Positions 1 to 7,955 of a stretch of 12,304 nt of DNA are shown here, piece by piece. The position numbers and the translations under genes were made by a program. This DNA comes from Promethearchaeia archaeon (GTDB taxonomy: Archaea; Asgardarchaeota; Lokiarchaeia; Sigyniarchaeales; SOKP01), in assembly GCA_046497275.1 (NCBI GenBank), contig JAWOFX010000085.1:1-12304 (forward strand), read 5' to 3'. How positions within the stretch are numbered: position 1 is the stretch's first letter; the number at the start of each line of letters is the position of its first letter. Under the pieces are notes generated by a model. The model was not told the origin of the DNA and did no database searches. It saw nothing but the letters and a program-made list of their open reading frames with translations.

Positions 1-106
1 GGATTAAAATAATCGTTGAATCGCAGAGAAGATAAATCAAACAAATTTTAATTTCCATTTTATTAAAGAATCTATGAAATATGTCGTTTGAAAAATTAAT
101 ATAAAT

Positions 107-115
107 AAAAAAAAA
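107..115 (-). terminator. Putative archaeal oligo-T terminator of the MFS gene
   Basis: A9 run on + (T9 on -) about 12 nt past the MFS stop codon; oligo-U tracts are typical archaeal terminators. Confidence 0.4.
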
Positions 116-126
116 GAATTTTTTAA

Positions 127-1416
127 TTATTTTTCTATTTCTAATGTTTCTTTCACAATTAAAAATAGCGGTATAGATATTAGGAAAAATATTGCCCCTA
201 CTATAAAAATATAGTCTCGACCGAAGGTATCGGAGATAAGTCCACCAACAATTCCGCCTATAATTTGTGGAATAGTAAATGTGATATTGAAGATTCCGTA
301 AAACTGCCCTTTTTTTCCTTCTGGTAATGTATCTTGAGCCCATGTATTTATTATTGTGTTTAAACCAAGTAATCCAAGTAGCATAAATGGAGTTACTATT
401 ACAAATAATATCAAATTAGCAGAAGAGCTCGCGAAAGGTACGAAGAAAAATGCTAATGCGATTAAAAAGATCACTATAGGCATGAATTTTTTCCTTCCAT
501 ACTTATCAGCTAATCTTCCTAATAATATAACACACGGAAATAAAAATAAAAATCCCACTCCTATTGCAATTAATAATTCTGTCATTCCAAATGGAATATC
601 TTCAAGGAGCCATGAAAAAAGCAATGCCATCACAGATCCAATACCCGTCTGATACAGAGAAGATGCTAAAATTACTCTGAAAAAATTTTTTTGTTCTCTT
701 AAAAGAGAAATATCCAATAATTCCTTAATTTCTGTTGAAAATTTCTTTTTTGGAGGTAATTCAGATGGTGGTTTTTCTTTGATAAATACGAAACCTATAA
801 TCCCTGACACCAAGTAGACTATTCCGCCAATTATTAAAACCAATATATGCGTATTTAATGCTACAGTTTTGTCTGCTGAACCCAGATCGTCAAAGAACAT
901 TAAAAATATAACTAAACCAAATATTAAACCTAGATATGAGACCGCTTGAACGATTCCATTTGCTCTTCCACGTTTTTCTAACTCAGACACATCAGGTATA
1001 AGAGCTCTTGAGGCAACAGATACGGCGTTTGCTGTAATACCAATTAATAGTACATCAAAAATAACACATAAAACATAATTATTTGAAAAAGCATATAAGA
1101 CCATTCCGATACCTGCGAAAATAGAAAAGAGTAGAAATGGTCTTCTTCTCCCATATTTCGATCTAGTATTATCGCTGAAAATTCCCCATACAAAATTCAT
1201 TATCAGACCGACGGTTGCTGAAAGTGAGACCATAACAGCGACCCATATATCATCGTAATCTAGAACCTGGGTGATATATGTGTTGAAAATATTTTGCTCA
1301 AAAAAATAGAAAAACGTATCTGCCAGCCACAATATACCAATAATAATCACTTGGAAAAGAATAAATCGACTAAAATCTTTTAGTTCTTCCTTACCTTCTA
1401 TTAAATCTTCAGTCAT
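127..1416 (-). CDS. MFS transporter (GPH/sugar-cation symporter-like)
   Basis: 429 aa with about 12 hydrophobic helices. Loop motifs GIFSDNTRSKYGRRRPF and GRLADKYGRKK are the MFS motif A repeats. Upstream on -: AGTGA + 6 nt + ATG. Confidence 0.9.
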   Translation of the reverse strand: MTEDLIEGKEELKDFSRFILFQVIIIGILWLADTFFYFFEQNIFNTYITQVLDYDDIWVAVMVSLSATVGLIMNFVWGIFSDNTRSKYGRRRPFLLFSIFAGIGMVLYAFSNNYVLCVIFDVLLIGITANAVSVASRALIPDVSELEKRGRANGIVQAVSYLGLIFGLVIFLMFFDDLGSADKTVALNTHILVLIIGGIVYLVSGIIGFVFIKEKPPSELPPKKKFSTEIKELLDISLLREQKNFFRVILASSLYQTGIGSVMALLFSWLLEDIPFGMTELLIAIGVGFLFLFPCVILLGRLADKYGRKKFMPIVIFLIALAFFFVPFASSSANLILFVIVTPFMLLGLLGLNTIINTWAQDTLPEGKKGQFYGIFNITFTIPQIIGGIVGGLISDTFGRDYIFIVGAIFFLISIPLFLIVKETLEIEK

Positions 1417-1654
1417 TTCAAATCACTTTTTTTAAATTATTTAATTTTAATTGGACTTTATACTTTATAAGAATTCTGATTACTTCTAGCTTATATATAA
1501 ATCTAAATATATTTAAGACAAATATTGATATTTTCTAAAAACATATATAGATATTCTTGATTATAGAGGATTTGGAAAAATTAACGAATAGGAAATATTA
1601 TTATCCAATATTAATTAAATGAAGATTAAATAATTCCATATTTAACTCTTCTCA

Positions 1655-2569
1655 ATGAGGAATAAGCATATTTTAATTTCCGCTAAGTGCGATATACCGT
1701 TAATAAAGAATATAATAAAAAAATTAGAAGATATAAATGGACTTAGGTTGGATTATCATGATCCTATTAAAGATTCCATAAACTTAAAAGGCTTTTACCA
1801 AAAATTGAAAGACTATGATTTAATTATTACTAAAGTGGGAGGGGAATCCTCCATTGATTTGCTGTATATGGCGAAATTATTTAATATTCATACTATTAAT
1901 AACTTATCATCAATATTACTATGTAAGAATAAAATAGCTTTAGATAGCGCTTTAAGGAATGCATTTGAAAAGCATAAAAAAGACATAAAAGATTTTAATC
2001 TCCCAAATTCTTGGATACATCCATCTCCTCTTAAAGATTTGAAACATTTTAAGGATTGGGCAACTCCAAAATTGCCACTTGTTTTTAAAAGCCATGATCA
2101 ACATAATGAGTTCTTTAGATTTAATTTTTTAGCAAGAGACCGAAATGAAATTGACGATTTTATTTTATCTAAAAAAGATTTTCTTTATTTCGACTTATAT
2201 ATTCAAGAATTTATTGAGTGTGATGGGATAGATCGAAAAGTATATGTTATTGGAGATAAAATGTATGGGGTTCAGAGAGAAAATCCAATTTATATATACT
2301 TGAGAGAGAAGCCTGAATCTATTAATGTGGAGGAGATTGAGAGAAAATCATTCATATTAGATGATAATATAAAAAATTTAAGCAAAATCCTATCGAAAGA
2401 ATTAAATCTCAATATTTTCGGTTTTGATCTAGTCAAACCTCTCCATAAAACTGGATACTATTTACTTGATTTAAATGATTTTCCAGGATTTAGAGGGATA
2501 AAAGGCATAGATCAAGTAATCGTAGAATATATTCTAGATTATTTACAAGAACTTGAAAATAAAAAGTAG
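1655..2569 (+). CDS. ATP-grasp protein, ITPK1 (inositol 1,3,4-trisphosphate 5/6-kinase)-like; RimK-like ligase is the alternative
   Basis: 304 aa. Motifs DLIITKV, PLVFKS, IQEFIECDGIDRKVYVIGD, QRENP and NIFGFDLV...YYLLDLNDFPGF. The D-x-N-x-FPG and K-V-Y-V-I-G motifs fit ITPK1 better than RimK (E-V-N; D-I-R). No SD, so possibly leaderless. Confidence 0.7.
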   Translation: MRNKHILISAKCDIPLIKNIIKKLEDINGLRLDYHDPIKDSINLKGFYQKLKDYDLIITKVGGESSIDLLYMAKLFNIHTINNLSSILLCKNKIALDSALRNAFEKHKKDIKDFNLPNSWIHPSPLKDLKHFKDWATPKLPLVFKSHDQHNEFFRFNFLARDRNEIDDFILSKKDFLYFDLYIQEFIECDGIDRKVYVIGDKMYGVQRENPIYIYLREKPESINVEEIERKSFILDDNIKNLSKILSKELNLNIFGFDLVKPLHKTGYYLLDLNDFPGFRGIKGIDQVIVEYILDYLQELENKK

Positions 2570-2582
2570 ACCGAATCTAAAT

Positions 2583-3431
2583 CTAAAAAACTATTAAGAA
2601 AGGTAAAATGATTAAAAAGGCTATTAGGCCATATCCTATACAGAAATAACCAAAATTAATCTTTTTTGCTAGTCCTAATAGTATCTCAATTGTCAGATAT
2701 CCTACTATAAAACTAACTATTGTTGAGATTAATATTGTAAAGATATCTAAAGTTCCAAAAACGGACCCACTTCCAAAAAGAATATCTGCTCCGATTGAAC
2801 CTAGAACTGCTGGTACAGAAATAAGAAAACTTAATTTCAATGCTTCGTCTTGGTTATATTTTTGAAATAATAGTGAAGACACCGTTATTCCTGATCGAGA
2901 CACACCTGGCAATATAGATATCCCTTGTGCTAAACCTGTAATTAAACTTTCTGAATGAAAAAAATCCTCTGAGAGTTTATATAATTCTTTTTTTCCAGTT
3001 TGTTTTTTAGCAATAAGGATTATTATACCAATAACAATTAATAGCCCCGCAATAATCAACGTTAATATATCTCCTTGAGTTGAATTAAAATAATTTTCTA
3101 AAACTATTTTGAAAATGAAGTAAAGAGGGAGTGCAGTGAGTGCAGTTCCAATAGTAGCTAAAATTACCCAATTTCTTTCTATGATAGTATCAGATTCTAT
3201 TTCTCGATTTTTATGAGGGATCAACGATCTAAATATCTTATAATAGTTATTTCGATATCTAAGTATCACAGCAAACATCGTTCCTAAATGTAGCCAAATA
3301 GCTAAGCTAAATGCTTCATTAGAACTGATTCCAAATAAATTAATGGATATAATCATCACCTGACCCGAGGAAGATATGGGCAACCATTCGAACAAACCCT
3401 GTAAAATCGCAATTATAATATATTCTATCAT
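2583..3431 (-). CDS. uppP: Undecaprenyl/polyprenyl-diphosphate phosphatase (BacA family)
   Basis: 282 aa membrane protein with both BacA signatures: QGLFEWLPISSSG and AQGISILPGVSRSGIT. Confidence 0.92.
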   Translation of the reverse strand: MIEYIIIAILQGLFEWLPISSSGQVMIISINLFGISSNEAFSLAIWLHLGTMFAVILRYRNNYYKIFRSLIPHKNREIESDTIIERNWVILATIGTALTALPLYFIFKIVLENYFNSTQGDILTLIIAGLLIVIGIIILIAKKQTGKKELYKLSEDFFHSESLITGLAQGISILPGVSRSGITVSSLLFQKYNQDEALKLSFLISVPAVLGSIGADILFGSGSVFGTLDIFTILISTIVSFIVGYLTIEILLGLAKKINFGYFCIGYGLIAFLIILPFLIVF

Positions 3432-3469
3432 GAACTATTCTATTCCTATATTTTTGATGGCTACAACTA

Positions 3470-3967
3470 TCATAAATCATCTGGAAACCATTTTCTCAAT
3501 CCTTTTAAAAGACAATCCTTTATCTCATCCCTTGCTTTTCTAAATCCTTCTATTCCTTTCATTGAGGGATCTTCGATATCTCCATATTCTCCCGCAAATT
3601 CTTTTAAAGTAAAAATATCTCCATCGTATTTATCTAACAATCCATTAAGATCATATAGTTCTTTCTTATGATTTTGAGTAAGTGTCAAAATTAAATCTGT
3701 ATTTTCTACTATTTTTGGATGTTTCTTTAAATCAATTGATTTAGAGTCTTCGGGTAAATGTATGCCCTCCTCTTTCATAACTAACTTCGCATCAAGAGAA
3801 ATTAACATTCCATCCCGGGCATTAGATGAAATACCGCACGAATTAACCTTAATATCTAAGGAAAGTAGGGTAGAAAAATGTGATAGATATCCTTTTGCGA
3901 TTGGACTTCGTGCCGTGTTTACACTACACACAACTAAGATTGATTTATAAGGGAAATTTCCTACCAT
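3470..3967 (-). CDS. Low-molecular-weight protein phosphatase (LMW-PTP / YwlE-like)
   Basis: 165 aa. P-loop VCSVNTARSP (C-x5-R-S), DLILTLTQNHK segment, and the general-acid DIEDP motif. Confidence 0.85.
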   Translation of the reverse strand: MVGNFPYKSILVVCSVNTARSPIAKGYLSHFSTLLSLDIKVNSCGISSNARDGMLISLDAKLVMKEEGIHLPEDSKSIDLKKHPKIVENTDLILTLTQNHKKELYDLNGLLDKYDGDIFTLKEFAGEYGDIEDPSMKGIEGFRKARDEIKDCLLKGLRKWFPDDL

Positions 3968-4084
3968 TTAGATAATTCTCAAACATTAATTTAAAATTCA
4001 ATTCTCTTAATTTTAGATAAAAGTAGCTTAAAAAATAAATTTGTCATCCAAATTTTAGGGAACAGAGAGAATTGATCGATAAAA

Positions 4085-4100
4085 TAAAAAATAAAAAGAA
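4085..4100 (-). terminator. Putative T-rich terminator of pncA
   Basis: A-rich tract on + (TTCTTTTTATTTTTTA on -) about 20-35 nt after the pncA stop. Confidence 0.35.
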
Positions 4101-4121
4101 GTTTTAAACAAATTCATTTTA

Positions 4122-4805
4122 TTATTTAAAAAAACTTGTTGTATTAAGAAATTTGACGCCTATATTATCCATATCTTCTAATGCGTTTGAAACACTTCCT
4201 TTTGGGTCATCTATTCCTTTTGTTAAATCTAATATCAAAAAGACCTCAAACCCAAATTCTATTGCATCGATTGCAGAATAATAGCAGCAATAATCCAACG
4301 CTAACCCCGAGATAAATACTCTTTTTATCCCCAGATCTTTTAATAATCCTTTTAAGCCCGTTTCTTTCTTCTTAAGCTGGTCTCTAAATGCAGAATAAGA
4401 ATCTACTTCAGGATCCATGCCTTTTCGTATTATCGCTCTAGCTAACTTTATATCTAAATCCTTATGAAATTCTGCTCCTTTTGTTCCTTGAACACAATGA
4501 TCAGGCCAAAGAACTGGACCAATTCCCTCTCCATGAAATTCATCTCCAGGCTGTTTTCCCGGGTGATTACTTGCAAATGATTTATCATTTGAAGGATGCC
4601 AATCTTGAGTTTGAATTATAGATGCTCCCTTTTTATCGAAAAGATTACCTATTTCATTTATCCCACTAATAATCTCGTCTCCGCCTTCCACAGCCAATGC
4701 ACCTCCAGGGAGGAAATCATACTGCATATCAACTATAATAAGAACATCATCTTTTGTAATTTTAATGTTTTTTTTAATTTCTACATCATTAATATCCAAT
4801 TTCAA
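4122..4805 (-). CDS. pncA: Nicotinamidase/pyrazinamidase (isochorismatase family)
   Basis: 227 aa. Motifs IVDMQYDFLPGGALAV, QDWHP, LWPDHCVQGT, IRKG...DSYSAF and GLALDYC (catalytic Asp/Lys/Cys). The start is TTG at 4805, or the second TTG at 4799, which is better spaced from GAGGT. Confidence 0.92.
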   Translation of the reverse strand: MKLDINDVEIKKNIKITKDDVLIIVDMQYDFLPGGALAVEGGDEIISGINEIGNLFDKKGASIIQTQDWHPSNDKSFASNHPGKQPGDEFHGEGIGPVLWPDHCVQGTKGAEFHKDLDIKLARAIIRKGMDPEVDSYSAFRDQLKKKETGLKGLLKDLGIKRVFISGLALDYCCYYSAIDAIEFGFEVFLILDLTKGIDDPKGSVSNALEDMDNIGVKFLNTTSFFK

Positions 4806-5098
4806 GACCTCAGATTTAATTTATAATTATCTATTAACTAGCATTATTTTCTTATAAATAGATTATTCCTTTTAAAACTAAAATCTTTATCTTTAAATTT
4901 ATAAATTAAAAATAGAAAAAGCACATATTTTAACAATTTATTAAAATTTTTTGCATTAGCATATAAATTAAAGATTGTTATTTCCTTTGATTAATATATC
5001 TCTCTGAAATGCTTAAAATTTATTAAAATAAAGTATTTTTATTATTTAATTATCAATATAGATCATAACACTACATAAATAAGAGAAAGTGTATTAAA
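4806..5098. promoter_or_regulatory. Divergent promoter region for pncA and the ATPase operon
   Basis: 293-bp extremely AT-rich intergenic region between divergent genes, with several TATA-like elements (e.g. TTTATTAA at 4937 and 5019). The exact promoters are not resolved. Confidence 0.5.
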
Positions 5099-5443
5099 TT
5101 GAATGGAAAAAAAAAATTTTATTTATTATTAGCAATATTTCAAGTATTTTTGGCTTTTTCGGTATTTTTTTCGGTGGACGGAATAATAAATTTTGTAGCG
5201 GCTCAAGGAGAAACTTATGACTCGATGACAATTTCCGTATTCGCAATTTCCGCAGCTATTGCTGTTAGCTCAGCTGTTTTAGGAAGTGCTTGGGCAATAA
5301 GAACAACTGGAACAGCAGCAATCTCTGCCTTGTCAGAGCGAGAGGGTTCCTTTTTCCAAGCATTTTTAGTTGTAGCGCTTTGTGAAGCATTAGCGATTTA
5401 TGGACTAATTATAGCTATTTTGTTATGGACTAAGATACCATAA
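5099..5443 (+). CDS. atpK: A/V-type ATP synthase subunit K (c, proteolipid), single hairpin with N-terminal leader
   Basis: 114 aa. C-terminal helix FLVVALCEALAIYGLIIAILL carries the ion-binding Glu. Extra hydrophobic N-terminal segment ends in VAA-Q. TTG start 6 nt after AGTGT. Confidence 0.92.
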   Translation: MNGKKKFYLLLAIFQVFLAFSVFFSVDGIINFVAAQGETYDSMTISVFAISAAIAVSSAVLGSAWAIRTTGTAAISALSEREGSFFQAFLVVALCEALAIYGLIIAILLWTKIP

Positions 5444-5490
5444 GCCTCTTTTAAAAAAGATTTAAAAATTAAATTATCTCTTAAAACATT

Positions 5491-5495
5491 GGTGA
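5491..5495 (+). promoter_or_regulatory. Shine-Dalgarno (GGTGA) of atpC
   Basis: Perfect GGTGA core 6 nt upstream of an in-frame ACG at 5502. Confidence 0.7.
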
Positions 5496-5501
5496 AATCA
5501 T

Positions 5502-6560
5502 ACGAGTAGTGCGATTATTGTTCCTTCTTACGCGTACACATATGTCAAGATTGGATTTTTAAAGAAATTGATTATGGAATCCTCTGTCTTAGATAAATTG
5601 GATAAAATAAATGATATTCGAGACTTTATTAATGAAATTAAACCTTATTATCCCGATTTAGATATAAAACAATACACTATTGAAGAAATTGAGAAAAATC
5701 TTTACAATATTTATATCAATTTAATTGGTAGGATTATCTCGTACTCTCCTGAGAATATGGGAAATTTCTTAAAAGATTACTTAATAAAATATGAAATCCT
5801 TAACTTGAAACAAATTATATTAGGGTCAATAATTGGATTAACTAAAGAAGAAAAAAAACAAAATGTAAATTTTTTAGTTCAAAGATATTTAGAAAATGAA
5901 GATTTCATGAAGGATTTAGTAAAAGTCTCTTCTTTAGATGAGATAAGATTATCTTTAAGAGATACACGCTACTATAAAGCTGTCAGGGAAGGCATACTAT
6001 ATTTTAGGAATAATAATGAAATCTTTGTATTAGAATCTTTCTTAGATCAACTATATTATAAAAATCTTGTTAAAAAGCGTAAAAATCTTAATAAATATGA
6101 AGAAAAAATGATTGGTTTATTTACAAAATATATTACTGAAATCTATAATATTAATATGATTTATAGAGGTATTATAAATAATATTGATAAAAAGCTGCTG
6201 TCCCAATTTCTAGTAAATAGTTATCTTTTTTTAGATTCTAAGTTAGTAGAAAATTTATTAGCTCAAACAGAAATTATAGATTTTTTTGATTATCTAAATT
6301 CTATTTTATCAAAATCAAATGATATAAAACATTTATATAAGAAACTTTCCAATGATATGGACCATCCCATTTGGGAATTAGAAAGGATTTATCAAAAATT
6401 CTATTTTAAAGAATTTGAACTACAAATAGATAATATAGATTATTCAACAATATATCGGATTTTTGAAGTAATTATTAAAAAGGAGAAAGAAATTAAATTT
6501 GAAATTCTGCCTAATATAGTTAGGATTATTCATAAGAAATTTCAAATATTTGAAAAATAA
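5502..6560 (+). CDS. atpC: A/V-type ATP synthase subunit C (V0 d-like); proposed ACG start, 352 aa
   Basis: The frame is open upstream of the ORF-track TTG (5568) and reads (M)SSAIIVPSYAYTYVKIGFLKKLIM, resembling the subunit C N-terminal YAY.NAR....K.KL motif. Also contains YEILNLKQII and EIYNINMIYRG, and the operon position fits. Confidence 0.82.
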   Translation, partial: TSSAIIVPSYAYTYVKIGFLKKLIMESSVLDKLDKINDIRDFINEIKPYYPDLDIKQYTIEEIEKNLYNIYINLIGRIISYSPENMGNFLKDYLIKYEILNLKQIILGSIIGLTKEEKKQNVNFLVQRYLENEDFMKDLVKVSSLDEIRLSLRDTRYYKAVREGILYFRNNNEIFVLESFLDQLYYKNLVKKRKNLNKYEEKMIGLFTKYITEIYNINMIYRGIINNIDKKLLSQFLVNSYLFLDSKLVENLLAQTEIIDFFDYLNSILSKSNDIKHLYKKLSNDMDHPIWELERIYQKFYFKEFELQIDNIDYSTIYRIFEVIIKKEKEIKFEILPNIVRIIHKKFQIFEK

Positions 6561-6582
6561 ATCATAAAGATGGGTTAAAAAA

Positions 6583-6894
6583 ATGAGTATTTTTAATTGG
6601 GTAAAAGATATAGAGGAAACTTATGATGAATTAATAGAAAAAACACAAGATGAGAATGAGTCTGAACTCAACAAATTAAAGGAGCAAGAAGAAACAAATC
6701 TTAAACAAACATTAGATGAGAAAAGAAACTTTATAGAAAGAGTTTTAAATGAATTAAAACAAGATATAGATTTTAGGATTTCAAATTTTAAGCAAAAAAT
6801 AGATAAAGAAATAGAGAAAACTGAAAAGGATTATAAGAGTAACCAAGACCAAATTATAAAACAAGTCTTATCAGATATAGGAGTTGATTTTTAA
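6583..6894 (+). CDS. atpH: A/V-type ATP synthase subunit H (G-like peripheral stalk)
   Basis: 103 aa, highly charged predicted coiled coil, with the size and position expected for the stalk subunit. Little motif-level evidence. Confidence 0.7.
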   Translation: MSIFNWVKDIEETYDELIEKTQDENESELNKLKEQEETNLKQTLDEKRNFIERVLNELKQDIDFRISNFKQKIDKEIEKTEKDYKSNQDQIIKQVLSDIGVDF

Positions 6895-7217
6895 TGTCTG
6901 AACAAGGAAAAATACATATAATAGGTTATGATGAATTGGTTATTTTGATGGGCCTTTTAGGAATTGAAGGAACGCTAGTTGATGATTCCAATAAATTTAT
7001 GGACATTTTTGAAAAATTGACTCAAAACCCAGCAATAAGTGTTATATTAATTGCTATGGATTTACCTGATGATATAATTGATTATTTAATAGATTTTAAA
7101 ATAAATACATCTAAACCATTTATTTATCTTATACCAGATATTTTCCAGAAAGGAATTGATGAAAGGAGTGTATTTTTAAAAAAAATTTATAAACAGAAAG
7201 GTAAATTATTGCCTTAA
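6894..7217 (+). CDS. atpF: A/V-type ATP synthase subunit F
   Basis: 107 aa. KIHIIGYDELVILMGLLGIEG resembles the KIAVIGD...GF.LAGI motif, and PFIYLIPD is present. GGAGTTGA + 6 nt + ATG; TAATG overlap with atpH. Confidence 0.85.
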   Translation: MSEQGKIHIIGYDELVILMGLLGIEGTLVDDSNKFMDIFEKLTQNPAISVILIAMDLPDDIIDYLIDFKINTSKPFIYLIPDIFQKGIDERSVFLKKIYKQKGKLLP

Positions 7218-7955
7218 TTGGTGATTAAAATTTCGGATAAAAAAATAAATCTAAAATCTCAGTTTGGGAAGTTAGGAATGCATTTAATTGACCAAGCAAA
7301 AGATAAAATAAAAGATCTAAATCAAGAAATGTTATTCCGTAAGGCAGAAATAAAGAAAAGGTATAGAAATCGATTAGATTTAAAATCCGATCAAATTAGA
7401 AAGGGATTTATTGAGGATTACAATAATAGTTTAAATAAAAATTTATCTTCAACTCTTTTAGAATCAAAAGAAAGGATATTAGAATTAAAAAACAATTTAA
7501 TTAAATTATTTATTAAAGATTTAAGAGAAGAAATTAAGAAAAGGATAAATAGTAATTACAAAGGTTATGTTCAATATCTCTTAGATATAATTGATAATAT
7601 TAAAAATAAGGATAATTTACCAAAAAATTCAATTCTTTATTTTAATGAAAGAGATATGGATTACTTTCGAAAAAATATAGAGAAAATAAAAAATATTGTG
7701 AATAATGAATTTCAAATTAAAAAAGAACTAAAAATTGAGATTGGTGGATTTATTTTAGAACAAGATGATGGAGAAATTTCATTTGATTACACTATTGATA
7801 ATACTATAGAAGAAAACTATTCTAAAATTGAGATGAACTTTTCAAATATAATAAAAGATACAGAAATAAAAAAGCTCCAAAAAGAATTCGAAGAATTTGT
7901 TAATCAGAAAAAAAAAAATATAGGAGATTATTTGATTGACTATGACAGAATCTGA
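7218..7955 (+). CDS. atpE: A/V-type ATP synthase subunit E
   Basis: Helical N-terminal half, then a globular domain with IGGFILEQDDGEISFDYTID (typical GG.I......I..D.T motif). The start is TTG 7218 or possibly ATT 7230. Confidence 0.85.
   Translation: MVIKISDKKINLKSQFGKLGMHLIDQAKDKIKDLNQEMLFRKAEIKKRYRNRLDLKSDQIRKGFIEDYNNSLNKNLSSTLLESKERILELKNNLIKLFIKDLREEIKKRINSNYKGYVQYLLDIIDNIKNKDNLPKNSILYFNERDMDYFRKNIEKIKNIVNNEFQIKKELKIEIGGFILEQDDGEISFDYTIDNTIEENYSKIEMNFSNIIKDTEIKKLQKEFEEFVNQKKKNIGDYLIDYDRI

Noticed and set aside
3-35. Possible 3' end of a + strand gene (IKIIVESQRR-stop)
   Set aside because: Only 10 codons are visible, too few to support a call.
356-652. 98-aa + strand ORF
   Set aside because: Antisense shadow inside the MFS gene with no recognisable motif.
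3762-3950. 62-aa + strand ORF
   Set aside because: Antisense to the well-supported phosphatase gene.
4596-4826. 76-aa + strand ORF
   Set aside because: Antisense to pncA; composition reflects the reverse frame.
4935-5029. 13-bp direct repeat AATTTATTAAAAT (4935-4947, 5017-5029) and AT-only palindromes (e.g. 1504-1515)
   Set aside because: Pure A/T words in extremely AT-rich spacers are expected by chance or are simply TATA elements.
5489-5509. Tiny ORF TTG-GTG-AAA-TCA-TAC-GAG-TAG over the atpC start, and a similar GTG/TTG mini-ORF at 11162-11206
   Set aside because: These arise because GGTGA itself contains GTG. They have no properly spaced SD and are out of frame with the conserved protein.
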